In this document: positions 1 through 9,151 of the stretch, piece after piece
Layout: the number at the start of each line of letters is the position of its first letter
How positions within the stretch are numbered: position 1 is the first letter of the stretch
Source: Chitinophagales bacterium
GTDB taxonomy: Bacteria; Bacteroidota; Bacteroidia; Chitinophagales; LD1
Assembly (NCBI GenBank): GCA_044226285.1
Contig: JBGAHI010000006.1
Coordinates: forward strand, 259,547 to 323,546
Reading direction: 5' to 3'
Length of the DNA: 64,000 nucleotides
The notes under the pieces: generated by a model
What the model saw: only the letters and a program-made list of their open reading frames with translations
What the model was told of the DNA's origin: nothing
The model's database searches: none
Program-made: the position numbers and the translations under genes

Positions 1-899
1 CGCAAGGCATTGGTGTCAAATTTTTGAAAGAATTTTTATACTATCAGGTGCGTTTGTTTACCACAGCTGATGCCGGTCATGCCGGACCGATATACTACCA
101 CTTTATAATATTGCTTTTGGGGTGCTTTCCTGCCAGTATTTTACTTTGGGGGGCAATGAAAAAGAACAACGAAGATACCATACATCAATTACTATTAAAG
201 CGATGGATGTTAGCACTACTAAGTGTAGTACTTATTCTTTTTTCTATTACTCAAACTAAAATTGTACACTATTCATCGCTTTGCTATTTACCAATAACAT
301 TCCTTGCCGCTTATTATTTGCACAAAGTTTATGAAGGTAAAAAGAAATGGCATTGGGGTATGTCGGTGGGAATACTTGTTCTTGCTTTATTATGGGCAAT
401 TACAATTGGCGGTGCAATGTATATTTTTAGCACAAAACTTACACTTCCTACAATCAACGACTTGTTTGCCGTTGAAGCCTTGAAAGCAAAGGTGTATTGG
501 AATTCAAAAGAACTTATTATCCCAATGCTATTCTTATTTCTTATTATCGCTTCAATAATAGCCATTCATCTAAATAAAAAAGCTATTGCCATCGGCATAC
601 TGCTGATTTCTTCCGGACTATTTGCATCACTGATTGCTTTGCTAATGGCACCGCGCGTTGAGCGTTATTCACAAAACGCTATGATTGATTTTCTAAAAAA
701 GGCTTCCATTGAAGATTGCAGATTTGAAGCGAGAGGATTTAAAAGTTATGCGATTTACTATTATGGACAAATAAGTCCGGCTCCAACATCCAATAAAACA
801 TACGTTGTCTCGAAAGTAAATTTGATATCAAAAATAGATACCACTGATTTAATCCCATTGTATTCAAAAAATGGATTTGTATTCTTCCAAAAGAAATAA
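1..899 (+). CDS. Polytopic membrane glycosyltransferase, ArnT/GT39-like, C-terminal part (5' end outside the window)
   Basis: Frame is open from nt 3 to the left edge, so the TTG at 24 is not the real start. Product is a series of hydrophobic helices (GPIYYHFIILLLGCFPASILLW...) as in lipid-linked sugar transferases. Confidence 0.5.
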   Translation, partial: QGIGVKFLKEFLYYQVRLFTTADAGHAGPIYYHFIILLLGCFPASILLWGAMKKNNEDTIHQLLLKRWMLALLSVVLILFSITQTKIVHYSSLCYLPITFLAAYYLHKVYEGKKKWHWGMSVGILVLALLWAITIGGAMYIFSTKLTLPTINDLFAVEALKAKVYWNSKELIIPMLFLFLIIASIIAIHLNKKAIAIGILLISSGLFASLIALLMAPRVERYSQNAMIDFLKKASIEDCRFEARGFKSYAIYYYGQISPAPTSNKTYVVSKVNLISKIDTTDLIPLYSKNGFVFFQKK

Positions 900-901
900 T
901 C

Positions 902-1498
902 TCAGTTGAGCATTGGACTTTCGGGATAAACAGCCATTGCTTTATATACCCCACCCATCGACTGCATTTTTAACCGCCACATATTTTCAGTGTTGTGGTA
1001 AAATAAGGTTTCATTAGCCCCTGTTCCAATGATCCATGAACTATCCTTTATTTCGGCATCCAACTGCCCCTCATCCCAACCGGAATAGCCAATAAAAAAA
1101 CGCAAATGTGCTGTAGTTAAAGTGCCTTGGCGAATAAGTTTTTTGATCTGCTCGAAATTACCTCCCCAATACACACCTTCTGCAATTTTCATGCTCCCCT
1201 CGATAAGTGTACCGCGGTTATGAATCACTTGAATCAAATCTGTACCTACCGGCCCGCCTAACAACAATTTCCCTTCGTAAACCATAGGGAAATTTTCAAT
1301 CACATCTTGTAAACGTAAATCAACAGGTTTATTCAGCAACAAACCATGTGTGCCATCCGCATCATTTCTGCAAATGAGCACCACAGCCCTTCTGAAATTA
1401 TCGTCATCCATAAACGGCTCAGCCAACAGCAATGTTCCGGGCTTTACTTGCTTCCCTTTTTCAAATTCGTAACTCCAAGTCTTTTCCGGAATAATCAT
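902..1498 (-). CDS. YqgE/AlgH family protein (UPF0301)
   Basis: LLLAEPFMDDDNFRRAVVLICRNDADGTHGLLLNKP, GGPV and FIGYSGWDEGQLDAEI match the family signature. Confidence 0.85.
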   Translation of the reverse strand: MIIPEKTWSYEFEKGKQVKPGTLLLAEPFMDDDNFRRAVVLICRNDADGTHGLLLNKPVDLRLQDVIENFPMVYEGKLLLGGPVGTDLIQVIHNRGTLIEGSMKIAEGVYWGGNFEQIKKLIRQGTLTTAHLRFFIGYSGWDEGQLDAEIKDSSWIIGTGANETLFYHNTENMWRLKMQSMGGVYKAMAVYPESPMLN

Positions 1499-1585
1499 AC
1501 CTTAACAATTGCGATTAAAAATATACAATCCTTTGTTTTAAACTAAATCAATTCAACAGTTTCATTAACTTCGCTAGACTAAAAA

Positions 1586-3280
1586 ATGTTCATGCGTTTC
1601 TATATTACATTACTAAACTTCTTTTTAATTTCCGTTTCAGTTCAGGCGCAAACGGTGTTTCAATTCACTACAATCAGCGGAACTGTTAATGAAGCCGATG
1701 GTTTAGTATTGGCGGGATACGTAAAAGCATCCGTTGCTTCCGTTCAAAACCACAGTTTTCAATTGACGCTAAAATCGGGTACAGGAAAAGCCGCTGATAT
1801 CAATAATTTTACAACAACACCTATTTTAATTCCGTCACTTACAGATTCTGCACCGGTTTATTTAACGGTAACAGATGATTCCATAGTAGAGCAATTAGAA
1901 TCCATCGTTTTTGCACTCCAACCTACTACTTTAAATGATACACTTGGCGCAGATTCTCTTTTCACACTGAGTATAATCGACAATGAACTTACGGCCACGT
2001 TTTCATTTCTGATGCCCATGGATACCATTTGGGAAACGCAATCTTCCTATAAAGTAAGTGTGGTTTGTAATAATCCCAATCCAAAAGGTGTTCGTTGTTT
2101 CCTACGAGCCGATGATGGACATTATACTTTAACCGGTGGTCAAGAGTTTGGTTTCGGTTGGACCTATCTGAACTTCAAGCCGGGCCTCGATACAGCCAGT
2201 GCATATGTTTATCTCTACGATGATAATATCCAGGAAACAATTGAAACACTTGTGTTGAAGCTTAGCGATTTCGATGCCAATAATTGTACCGACTCTGCAT
2301 TTACGTTGTTTATAAAAGACGATGAATCGCCACAACCTATCTCCATTGCTTTCGATCGGTTGAACGACACTGTTTATGAAGATACTGCTGGCGTTACAAC
2401 TATCTATGTAACCGTTAACAACCCTTGGAGTAAAACATTTTTATTTCAAATTACTACTGCATTTGACGGAACGGCAAAACAAAACGATTATTCTTTCTAT
2501 TTTAACCACGACCCACTATTTAGTGCGCCTCCGGGAATATCGCACGATACGGTTTTCGTTAAAGTTAAAAACGATGCCTTTGTTGAAGATACGGAGCAGG
2601 CCTACGTACGATTTAAATACGGAAGTGTAAATACAGCATCCGATACAGTCTACACAATGAGTATAGTAGATAGAGATACTGTTCAAATCGGATTTTTGGG
2701 AGCAGCCTATTCTTTCTTAGAAAACCAAGGGAAATGCACGGTTAAACTGGTCACCACTTCACCTATGAAAGTGCCCATTAGTGTTCCGGTTACTTATTAC
2801 AATGGAAATGCATCGCCAAATATCGACTTTACTTTCGTTGATACTGTAGTCACATTCCCTGCATTTTCAATGGATACGCAAGAAGTGTATATTACTTTGA
2901 TGGATGATAATGTTGAAGAGATAAACGAACAAGTTAACTTGCGCATAGGTGATTTATCACCTGTTGCCATTGGTCATCAAGGCATACGGCAATTTACATT
3001 TTTTATAATTGACGATGATTCAACGGCTCTAGGGATTGAAGATGATGCCACTATTGTAAGTGCCTATCCAAATCCGATTGCTAACTATCTGAACGTATCT
3101 ACTGACTTTCCGATGAACAGTATTCAAGTGATGAGTATTGATGGGAAGACTGTGTTTACATCATTTTTAGAAGGTGAAGAAAAAATGACATTGAATACTT
3201 CAGACTGGAACAGCGGCCTATTTATCCTTCGAATTACTTCAGTCGACAAAGTTAAAACAGTTCGAATTATCAAAAATTGA
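1586..3280 (+). CDS. Secreted Calx-beta-repeat protein with T9SS C-terminal sorting domain
   Basis: Signal peptide ending SVQAQ. Repeated DDxxxE...E blocks (TDDSIVEQLESIVF, YDDNIQETIETLVL, MDDNVEEINEQVNL). C-terminal YPNPIANYLNV...VRIIKN Por-type tail. Confidence 0.7.
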   Translation: MFMRFYITLLNFFLISVSVQAQTVFQFTTISGTVNEADGLVLAGYVKASVASVQNHSFQLTLKSGTGKAADINNFTTTPILIPSLTDSAPVYLTVTDDSIVEQLESIVFALQPTTLNDTLGADSLFTLSIIDNELTATFSFLMPMDTIWETQSSYKVSVVCNNPNPKGVRCFLRADDGHYTLTGGQEFGFGWTYLNFKPGLDTASAYVYLYDDNIQETIETLVLKLSDFDANNCTDSAFTLFIKDDESPQPISIAFDRLNDTVYEDTAGVTTIYVTVNNPWSKTFLFQITTAFDGTAKQNDYSFYFNHDPLFSAPPGISHDTVFVKVKNDAFVEDTEQAYVRFKYGSVNTASDTVYTMSIVDRDTVQIGFLGAAYSFLENQGKCTVKLVTTSPMKVPISVPVTYYNGNASPNIDFTFVDTVVTFPAFSMDTQEVYITLMDDNVEEINEQVNLRIGDLSPVAIGHQGIRQFTFFIIDDDSTALGIEDDATIVSAYPNPIANYLNVSTDFPMNSIQVMSIDGKTVFTSFLEGEEKMTLNTSDWNSGLFILRITSVDKVKTVRIIKN

Positions 3281-3352
3281 TGCTTTAAACGCATGGCTAT
3301 TGGTAATTGACGATTAGCCTTCTATATTCGCACGCTCAAAAACAACGCAATC

Positions 3353-4681
3353 ATGTTTGAAAATTTACAGGAACGCCTCGAAGGAGCCTTTAAAACGCTA
3401 AAAGGACAAGGGAAAATTACCGAGATAAATGTCGCGGAAACAATAAAGGAAATCAGACGCGCATTGGTAGATGCCGATGTGAACTATAAAATTGCCAAAG
3501 AATTTACCGATCGCGTTAAAGAGAAAGCATTAGGTCAGAACGTTCTCACCGCAGTATCTCCGGGACAACTCATCACCAAAATTATGAGTGATGAATTAAC
3601 GGAACTCATGGGCGGAACGGCTGCTGATTTCAATGTGAAAGGTGCTCCGGCTGTGATTTTGATTGCCGGTTTACAAGGATCGGGAAAAACAACATTCACG
3701 CATAAACTCGCCTTGTTCCTTAAAACACAGAAATTCAAACGACCGTTGATGGTGGCCTGTGACGTGTATCGTCCGGCTGCGATTGACCAGTTGATGGTGT
3801 TGGGAGAGAAAATCAATATTCCGGTTTATGCCGATAAAGAAAACAACAATCCGTTAGCGATTGCTTTAAGAGGGATTGAAGAAGCTAAAGCCAACGGAAA
3901 CGATGTGGTGATTATAGATACTGCAGGTCGTTTGGCAGTAGATGAAGACATGATGAACGAGATTTCGTTGTTGAAGGAAAAAACTTCGCCTACCGAAATT
4001 TTGTTTGTAGTGGATTCCATGACCGGTCAGGATGCAGTGAATACGGCCAAAGCCTTCAACGACCGCTTGAACTTTGACGGTGTTGTATTAACAAAATTAG
4101 ATGGTGACACCCGTGGTGGTGCAGCTTTAACGATTACGTATACTGTTGGTAAGCCAATTAAGTTTGTATCGTTGGGCGAAAAGGCCGAGGCATTGGATGT
4201 GTTCCACCCCGATCGTATGGCACAACGTATTTTGGGTATGGGAGATATCGTTTCCTTCGTGGAAAAAGCCCAAGCGCAATACGATGAAAAGAAAGCGCGT
4301 GAGATTGAATCGAAAATCCGTAAAAACCAATTTAACTTCAATGATTTTCTTTATCAATTGAACCAGATCAAGAAAATGGGTAACATGAAAGACCTATTGG
4401 GTATGATTCCTGGAATGGGAAAAGCAGTGAAAGATGTGGACATCAATAACGATTCGTTCAAGAAAATTGAAGCTATTATCTATTCCATGACGCCAAAAGA
4501 GCGTGAAAATCCGGATTTGTTGGACGGCAAACGAAGAGCACGTTTGGCAAAAGGCTCGGGCAACAGTATTCAGGAGGTCAATGCCTTCATCAAGCAATTT
4601 GATGAAATGAAAAAAATGATGAAATCGGTACAAAAAATGAGCGATTCCGGTCGGTCGTTAAAAGGCATAATGGGGAAATAA
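3353..4681 (+). CDS. ffh: Signal recognition particle protein Ffh (SRP54)
   Basis: NG domain with GLQGSGKTT P-loop, DTAGR and TKLDGD, followed by a Met-rich M domain. Full length, 442 aa. Confidence 0.97.
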   Translation: MFENLQERLEGAFKTLKGQGKITEINVAETIKEIRRALVDADVNYKIAKEFTDRVKEKALGQNVLTAVSPGQLITKIMSDELTELMGGTAADFNVKGAPAVILIAGLQGSGKTTFTHKLALFLKTQKFKRPLMVACDVYRPAAIDQLMVLGEKINIPVYADKENNNPLAIALRGIEEAKANGNDVVIIDTAGRLAVDEDMMNEISLLKEKTSPTEILFVVDSMTGQDAVNTAKAFNDRLNFDGVVLTKLDGDTRGGAALTITYTVGKPIKFVSLGEKAEALDVFHPDRMAQRILGMGDIVSFVEKAQAQYDEKKAREIESKIRKNQFNFNDFLYQLNQIKKMGNMKDLLGMIPGMGKAVKDVDINNDSFKKIEAIIYSMTPKERENPDLLDGKRRARLAKGSGNSIQEVNAFIKQFDEMKKMMKSVQKMSDSGRSLKGIMGK

Positions 4682-4767
4682 ACCTCGAAGATTTGCAAAA
4701 TCGCAATTAACTACTATATTCGCGCCTCAAAATATTAATTAACCCAATCCTTAAATTCATTTAAGAC

Positions 4768-5316
4768 ATGGCTACAAAAATCAGACTTCAACGTCACGGT
4801 CGAGGAAAAAGACCTTATTACACCATCGTAGTTGCCGACTCTCGTGCACGTAGAGATGGTAAATACATCGAAAGAATCGGTGATTACAATCCACTAACTG
4901 TTCCTGCTTCTATTAATTTAGATGTAGAAAAAGCTTTAGCTTGGTTGCAAAAAGGTGCTGAACCTACTAATACAGTAAACGCAATTTTGAAATACAAAGG
5001 CGTATTATTCCACAAACACCTTTTGAGAGGAGTTGCTAAAGGCGCATTAACGCAAGAAGTAGCTGATCAAAAATGGCAAGAGTGGTTAGATGCACACAAA
5101 AACGCTGTGTTGGATCATCAGAAAAAACTACACAAATCTAACGCAGATAAAATTGCAAAATTGTTAGAAGAAGAAACGAAGATTAAAGAAAGCAGAGAAG
5201 CAAAACGTGCTGCTGCATTGGCTGCTGCTGAAGCTGCAAATGCTCCGGCAGTTGAAGAAACACCTGCAGTTGAAGAAGCTCCGGCTGCTGAAAGTACAGA
5301 AGCTCCAGCTGAATAA
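4768..5316 (+). CDS. rpsP: 30S ribosomal protein S16 with long Ala/Glu/Lys/Pro-rich C-terminal extension
   Basis: N-terminus [42 protein letters not shown] is canonical S16. About 95 extra low-complexity residues follow. Confidence 0.95.
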   Translation: MATKIRLQRHGRGKRPYYTIVVADSRARRDGKYIERIGDYNPLTVPASINLDVEKALAWLQKGAEPTNTVNAILKYKGVLFHKHLLRGVAKGALTQEVADQKWQEWLDAHKNAVLDHQKKLHKSNADKIAKLLEEETKIKESREAKRAAALAAAEAANAPAVEETPAVEEAPAAESTEAPAE

Positions 5317-5335
5317 TCTAAACTATACATCCGCA

Positions 5336-5845
5336 ATGGAATATATTTCTGTCGGAAAATTAGTAAAGCCTCATGGAATCCATGGGGCTTTACAATTTGT
5401 GTTTCACGGGTTCTTGAAAGACGATGCCGCAATACCAAATTTCTTTTTTATTCAACGCAATGGAATGTATACCCCTTTGTTTGTTGAGAAATTAGAAATG
5501 AACCGTGAAGAATCGGGATTTGTGCATTTCGAAGAATTCAAAGACCGTAACCAAGCCATTGTACATAGTAATTTAGAGATTTATTTATCGGAACAAGATG
5601 CCGAGAAATACTTTGAAGAAGATGAATCGGATTTGGAATTCTTGATTGGCTACACCGCCTTTGATAATGAAAACGAGTTCGGGACCATTATTGCTATCGA
5701 TGAAATGCCTATGCAAACCTTTGCCGTTGTTGAAAATGGCGAAAAGGAGCACTTAATTCCGCTTGTTGATGATTTCGTGATAGATATCATTAAAAAGAAG
5801 AAACAGATTATTTTTGACTTGCCGGAAGGCTTATTAGACCTATAA
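5336..5845 (+). CDS. rimM: 16S rRNA processing protein RimM
   Basis: GKLVKPHGIHGAL N-terminal motif and the usual position after rpsP. ATG at 5336 chosen because the longer ORF from 5207 overlaps rpsP out of frame. Confidence 0.9.
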   Translation: MEYISVGKLVKPHGIHGALQFVFHGFLKDDAAIPNFFFIQRNGMYTPLFVEKLEMNREESGFVHFEEFKDRNQAIVHSNLEIYLSEQDAEKYFEEDESDLEFLIGYTAFDNENEFGTIIAIDEMPMQTFAVVENGEKEHLIPLVDDFVIDIIKKKKQIIFDLPEGLLDL

Positions 5846-5855
5846 TCTTATTCGA

Positions 5856-6164
5856 ATGGCAACATTCATTTACATTTTGCAATTAAAAAGTCCGTACGAG
5901 CAAGAAGCGTGTTGGACAGACGAAACCCGTGCTACGTTGGGTCGCCATTGGAATTATTTGGTGGATTTGCACGCCAAAGGTGTTATGAAAATAGTGGGCA
6001 GAACCGAAGTGCCTATTGAAAATCCTGAAAACAGGGGCATTGCCATCTTCACTGCGGAAGATGAGGTAGAAGCAAAATTGATTATGGAGAACGACCCGTG
6101 CATCAAGGAAGGTGTAATGGAAGGAAAATTATTCCCTTTCAATTTTGCATTAGGCGCAAGGTAA
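5856..6164 (+). CDS. YciI-like protein
   Basis: 102 aa. HWNYLVDLHAKGVMKIVGR and the ENDPCIKEGVMEG...FPF tail fit the YciI pattern. Confidence 0.6.
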   Translation: MATFIYILQLKSPYEQEACWTDETRATLGRHWNYLVDLHAKGVMKIVGRTEVPIENPENRGIAIFTAEDEVEAKLIMENDPCIKEGVMEGKLFPFNFALGAR

Positions 6165-6169
6165 CATCC

Positions 6170-6865
6170 CTATTTTAAACTACCTATCCCACCATCTACA
6201 CCAATAACTTGACCGGTTATCCAACGACTGTTGTCTTGTATTAAAAACGCCACTAATTGCCCGATTTCATCAGCCGATCCAATACTATTCAATGGATGTC
6301 GCTTGGCGGCTGCTTCGCGCTTTTCATCACTATTCAACAATGCACTTGACAATGGCGTATCTGTTAAAGAAGGTGCAATTACATTCACTCTAATTTTTGA
6401 AGTAGCCAATTCAGCGGCTAAGCTTTTAGCTAAACCTTCAATAGCCCCTTTTGCAGCCGCAATCGAAGCATGAAAAGGCATTCCAATTTTCACTGCAACA
6501 GTACTGAATAATACGATTGAAGCGCCATCAGCTTTTTTGAGACGGGGTAACAAATACTGAATTACAGCAATTGCGCCTAGTACGTTCTGCTGAAAATCGG
6601 TGAGAAAATCTTGAGTTGTAAGTCGGTTGAATGGTCTTAAATTAATTGAACCAGGGCAATAGACAAGACCATGAATCACTTCAGGCAAATCAGCCAACAC
6701 AGTCAAATCATCTTTTGCGGCATCTAAGGCAAAGAAGGTGGTATTCAAAGCCTCTAGTTCGTTAGTAAGTTGGTGCGATATAGTAAATAGATTTTCATTT
6801 TGCAAAGCTTTGACCGTGGCTAATCCTATTCCACGCCCTGCTCCTACCACAACTATGTTTTTCAT
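6170..6865 (-). CDS. SDR-family oxidoreductase (atypical active-site segment)
   Basis: Rossmann N-terminus VVGAGRGIGLAT, IRVNVIAPSLTDTP and ITGQVIGVDGG. A canonical YxxxK is not obvious; the aligned segment reads FHASIAAAK. Confidence 0.8.
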   Translation of the reverse strand: MKNIVVVGAGRGIGLATVKALQNENLFTISHQLTNELEALNTTFFALDAAKDDLTVLADLPEVIHGLVYCPGSINLRPFNRLTTQDFLTDFQQNVLGAIAVIQYLLPRLKKADGASIVLFSTVAVKIGMPFHASIAAAKGAIEGLAKSLAAELATSKIRVNVIAPSLTDTPLSSALLNSDEKREAAAKRHPLNSIGSADEIGQLVAFLIQDNSRWITGQVIGVDGGIGSLK

Positions 6866-6874
6866 ATTACTGAT

Positions 6875-7009
6875 TTAGTTTTTTTTATTCATTCTGCATT
6901 TATCGCTGCAATAGATCACTTCATTCCAATTTTTCTCCCACTTCTTTCGCCATACAAATGGTCGAGCACAAACAGCACAAAGTTTTTGGGGCAGATCTTG
7001 CTTTTTCAT
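6875..7009 (-). CDS. DUF2256 zinc-ribbon protein (44 aa, below the ORF-track cutoff)
   Basis: Hand translation gives [44 protein letters not shown]. The CxxC...WRKKW...W.EV.YCS.KC pattern is the DUF2256 signature. The ATG directly abuts the stop of the upstream gene. Confidence 0.75.
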   Translation of the reverse strand: MKKQDLPQKLCAVCARPFVWRKKWEKNWNEVIYCSDKCRMNKKN

Positions 7010-7285
7010 TCAACGTTTACTGATTTTGTTATAGGAAATTGTTCGTTGTCGGCTACACTTGAAACGGGTTATATCTGCACTTCGTTTGGCTATATGTTTT
7101 TGACTTATGCCGCTATGCACCCGTTTTCGCCATCGATTAAAACTACTTCGCTTTAATGTGTTGCGCATAATGTCTACCACCTGCGCTTCAGTTAATCCGA
7201 ATTGGAATTCAATAGCTTCAAAAGGAGTTCTGTCTTCCCACGCCATTTCAATGATTCGATCGATTTCTGCGATAGTTATGTTCAT
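7010..7285 (-). CDS. TIGR03643 (DUF2805) family protein
   Basis: IDRIIEMAWEDRTPFEAIEFQFGLTEAQVVDIMR matches the family core. Start set at MNITIAEI (7285) because the longer ORF runs into tspO. Confidence 0.75.
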   Translation of the reverse strand: MNITIAEIDRIIEMAWEDRTPFEAIEFQFGLTEAQVVDIMRNTLKRSSFNRWRKRVHSGISQKHIAKRSADITRFKCSRQRTISYNKISKR

Positions 7286-7305
7286 ATAGCTCGTTGATAG
7301 CTTAT

Positions 7306-7773
7306 CTATTTGTTCAACCACCAAACTGTTCCGTTCAATATACTTGCAAAACTCACCCACAAAAAATACGGGATGAGCAAGTAAGCTGCGGTTGCGTTAA
7401 CAGAATAGCTAAAAAAGATAGTTGCCCCTATGGCAGAAAGCATAATGAGCGACTCAATGAATGACCAACCTAATAGATGTAGGTTAAAAAAGATAAAAGA
7501 CCAAGCCATGTTCAATCCAAACTGAACAACAAAAAGAATCATAGCGCTTTTTCCGCCATTCTGAGACGAATTCCATAACAAAGCAAAGGAAATCCCCATC
7601 ATAATGTATAAAACTGTCCAAACCGGCCCAAAAAGCCAATTAGGCGGATTCCAGCTAGGCTTTTGTATTGTAGGATACCAAGTTTGAATGGCATCAATAG
7701 TGCTTAAACCACTAAATGTTCCCAATCCTACACAAACAACAATACAAATAATACTTTTTAGTAATATTGACAT
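7306..7773 (-). CDS. tspO: Tryptophan-rich sensory protein TspO/MBR
   Basis: Five-helix membrane protein with WYPTIQKPSWNPPNWLFGPVWTVLYIMMG and Trp-rich helices. ATG at 7773 preferred over the TTG at 7788. Confidence 0.9.
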   Translation of the reverse strand: MSILLKSIICIVVCVGLGTFSGLSTIDAIQTWYPTIQKPSWNPPNWLFGPVWTVLYIMMGISFALLWNSSQNGGKSAMILFVVQFGLNMAWSFIFFNLHLLGWSFIESLIMLSAIGATIFFSYSVNATAAYLLIPYFLWVSFASILNGTVWWLNK

Positions 7774-7893
7774 ATAAATAAGCAACAACTTAATGCATCA
7801 AATGTTCATCATTCTACCTATAAACTTGACAATAATCAGTACAGTTCTGTTTAATCATTGAGTAAAGTCATGTTGGATAGTTAAAACACACAA

Positions 7894-7901
7894 TATCTTT
7901 G
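7894..7901 (+). promoter_or_regulatory. Bacteroidota-type -7 box (TAnnTTTG)
   Basis: tatctttg lies 20 nt upstream of the ATG at 7921. Confidence 0.4.
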
Positions 7902-7920
7902 CATTATAAAATTTTAAACT

Positions 7921-8385
7921 ATGAAATACATTTTGTCTTTATGCACAGCATTTTTCTTTTTATCTGCAACGGCTCAGGAGGTATCCGGTCAGTACGATAA
8001 AATCGGTAGATTTAACCAAGGCGTAGCTATTGTTTGGAAAAGCGGTCATTGTGGACTTATAACACAAGGAGGAAAAGAAATAGTTAAACCTGCATACGAT
8101 AAAATATCCGGATTTGGGAAAGATGGTATTGCTTATACATGGAAAGAAGGACTTGTTGGATTAATCACAATGCAAGGGAAAGTAATTGTGCCCAATATAT
8201 ATGGAAGTATTAGTGCTTTCAACGGGTCTTTTGCCATTACCAGAAAAAATGGCTTGGCCGGCATGATTAACAAACAAGGTAAAGTATTGATTGAAAACAA
8301 GTACGAGGATATCCGAATAGAGCGAAACGGTGTGATTAGAGCTGTTAAGGAAGGAAAAGAAGTTATTCTTGATTTAAAAGATTAG
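7921..8385 (+). CDS. WG-repeat secreted protein
   Basis: Signal peptide, then repeated G.a.V...gk.GlI...GK.iv.P.Yd.I units. Confidence 0.8.
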   Translation: MKYILSLCTAFFFLSATAQEVSGQYDKIGRFNQGVAIVWKSGHCGLITQGGKEIVKPAYDKISGFGKDGIAYTWKEGLVGLITMQGKVIVPNIYGSISAFNGSFAITRKNGLAGMINKQGKVLIENKYEDIRIERNGVIRAVKEGKEVILDLKD

Positions 8386-8392
8386 CGTAATG

Positions 8393-8427
8393 AAAAAGAG
8401 TGAAGAAAGTTCTTCACTCTTTTTTTG
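8393..8427 (+). terminator. Rho-independent terminator
   Basis: gagtgaaga / tcttcactc 9-bp stem, 4-nt loop, then a T7 run. Lies just after the stop at 8385. Confidence 0.8.
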
Positions 8428-8443
8428 TAATGGGTATAAAACG

Positions 8444-8474
8444 AAAAAGGTTGTCATTTCTGACAACCTTTTTT
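8444..8474. terminator. Bidirectional hairpin terminator (serves tRNA-Lys on the minus strand)
   Basis: aggttgtca / tgacaacct 9-bp stem flanked by A5 on one side and T5 on the other. Confidence 0.7.
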
Positions 8475-8475
8475 G

Positions 8476-8548
8476 TGATCCCGTTGGGATTCGAACCCAA
8501 GACCCATACATTAAAAGTGTATTGCTCTACCAGCTGAGCTACGGAATC
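8476..8548 (-). tRNA. tRNA-Lys (anticodon TTT)
   Basis: Reverse complement GATTCCGTAGCTCAGCTGGTAGAGC...CTTTTAA...GGTTCGAATCCCAACGGGATCA folds as a cloverleaf. Anticodon loop is CTTTTAA. Confidence 0.9.
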
Positions 8549-8617
8549 ATCACCTTTTTAACTAAGCGGTTGCAAATATAGTAATCGATTTCTTTTTGCA
8601 AACAATTATCAAAAAAA

Positions 8618-9139
8618 TTATTTCTTTTCGAACAAAACACCTTCAGCCGTAAAGTTTACATCTATCTCTGGCGCAGTGATAGCGTCTATTTCAGCCTGAG
8701 ACTTCTTTGCATCGGTGGCGTAATGTTTTAATTCCTCCACTGTAGTTGTATCAAAAAATACAGTTCCTTTAGCATAAACAGTCCATCCACTGATGTTCGC
8801 AGGTACAAAAAACGCATAATCCTTAAAACGAATACGCACCTTTTTGCCGTTTCCGTTATCTACAGTCATCCAACAACCTTTCTTCTGGCAAACTTCATCT
8901 ACTTTACCATAAATCACAACGTTTTCCTTTTTCGTCTCTCCTTTAGCTTTCATATCGGCTTCAGCCTTCGCTAAAGTTACAGCACCATCTTTAGTGATAA
9001 CAGCGCCATATCCGCCTTTCTCGTTTTGTTTTGTCAAACACTTATAGTTCTTCTCTTTGGAAGGATCACAAACTACTTTCTGTGCATTCAACATGGCTGC
9101 AAAACCAAGAAAGCTTATCGTTACAATTAATTTTTTCAT
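8618..9139 (-). CDS. DUF4920-like secreted protein
   Basis: Signal peptide and the CQKKGCWMTV motif that I associate with DUF4920. Confidence 0.65.
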   Translation of the reverse strand: MKKLIVTISFLGFAAMLNAQKVVCDPSKEKNYKCLTKQNEKGGYGAVITKDGAVTLAKAEADMKAKGETKKENVVIYGKVDEVCQKKGCWMTVDNGNGKKVRIRFKDYAFFVPANISGWTVYAKGTVFFDTTTVEELKHYATDAKKSQAEIDAITAPEIDVNFTAEGVLFEKK

Positions 9140-9151
9140 TTCAGTATTCGT

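Noticed and set aside
5207-5335. Upstream extension of rimM ([16 protein letters not shown]...)
   Set aside because: It overlaps the rpsP tail out of frame and is a low-complexity translation of the Ala/Glu repeat region. The conserved RimM N-terminus begins at 5336.
7286-7360. Upstream extension of the TIGR03643 ORF (MGEFCKYIERNSLVVEQIDKLSTSY)
   Set aside because: It overlaps the 3' end of tspO. The family-conserved sequence starts at MNITIAEIDRIIEMAWEDRTPFEAI.
8390-8581. 63-aa plus-strand ORF
   Set aside because: It covers two terminator hairpins and the antisense of tRNA-Lys, so it is not coding.
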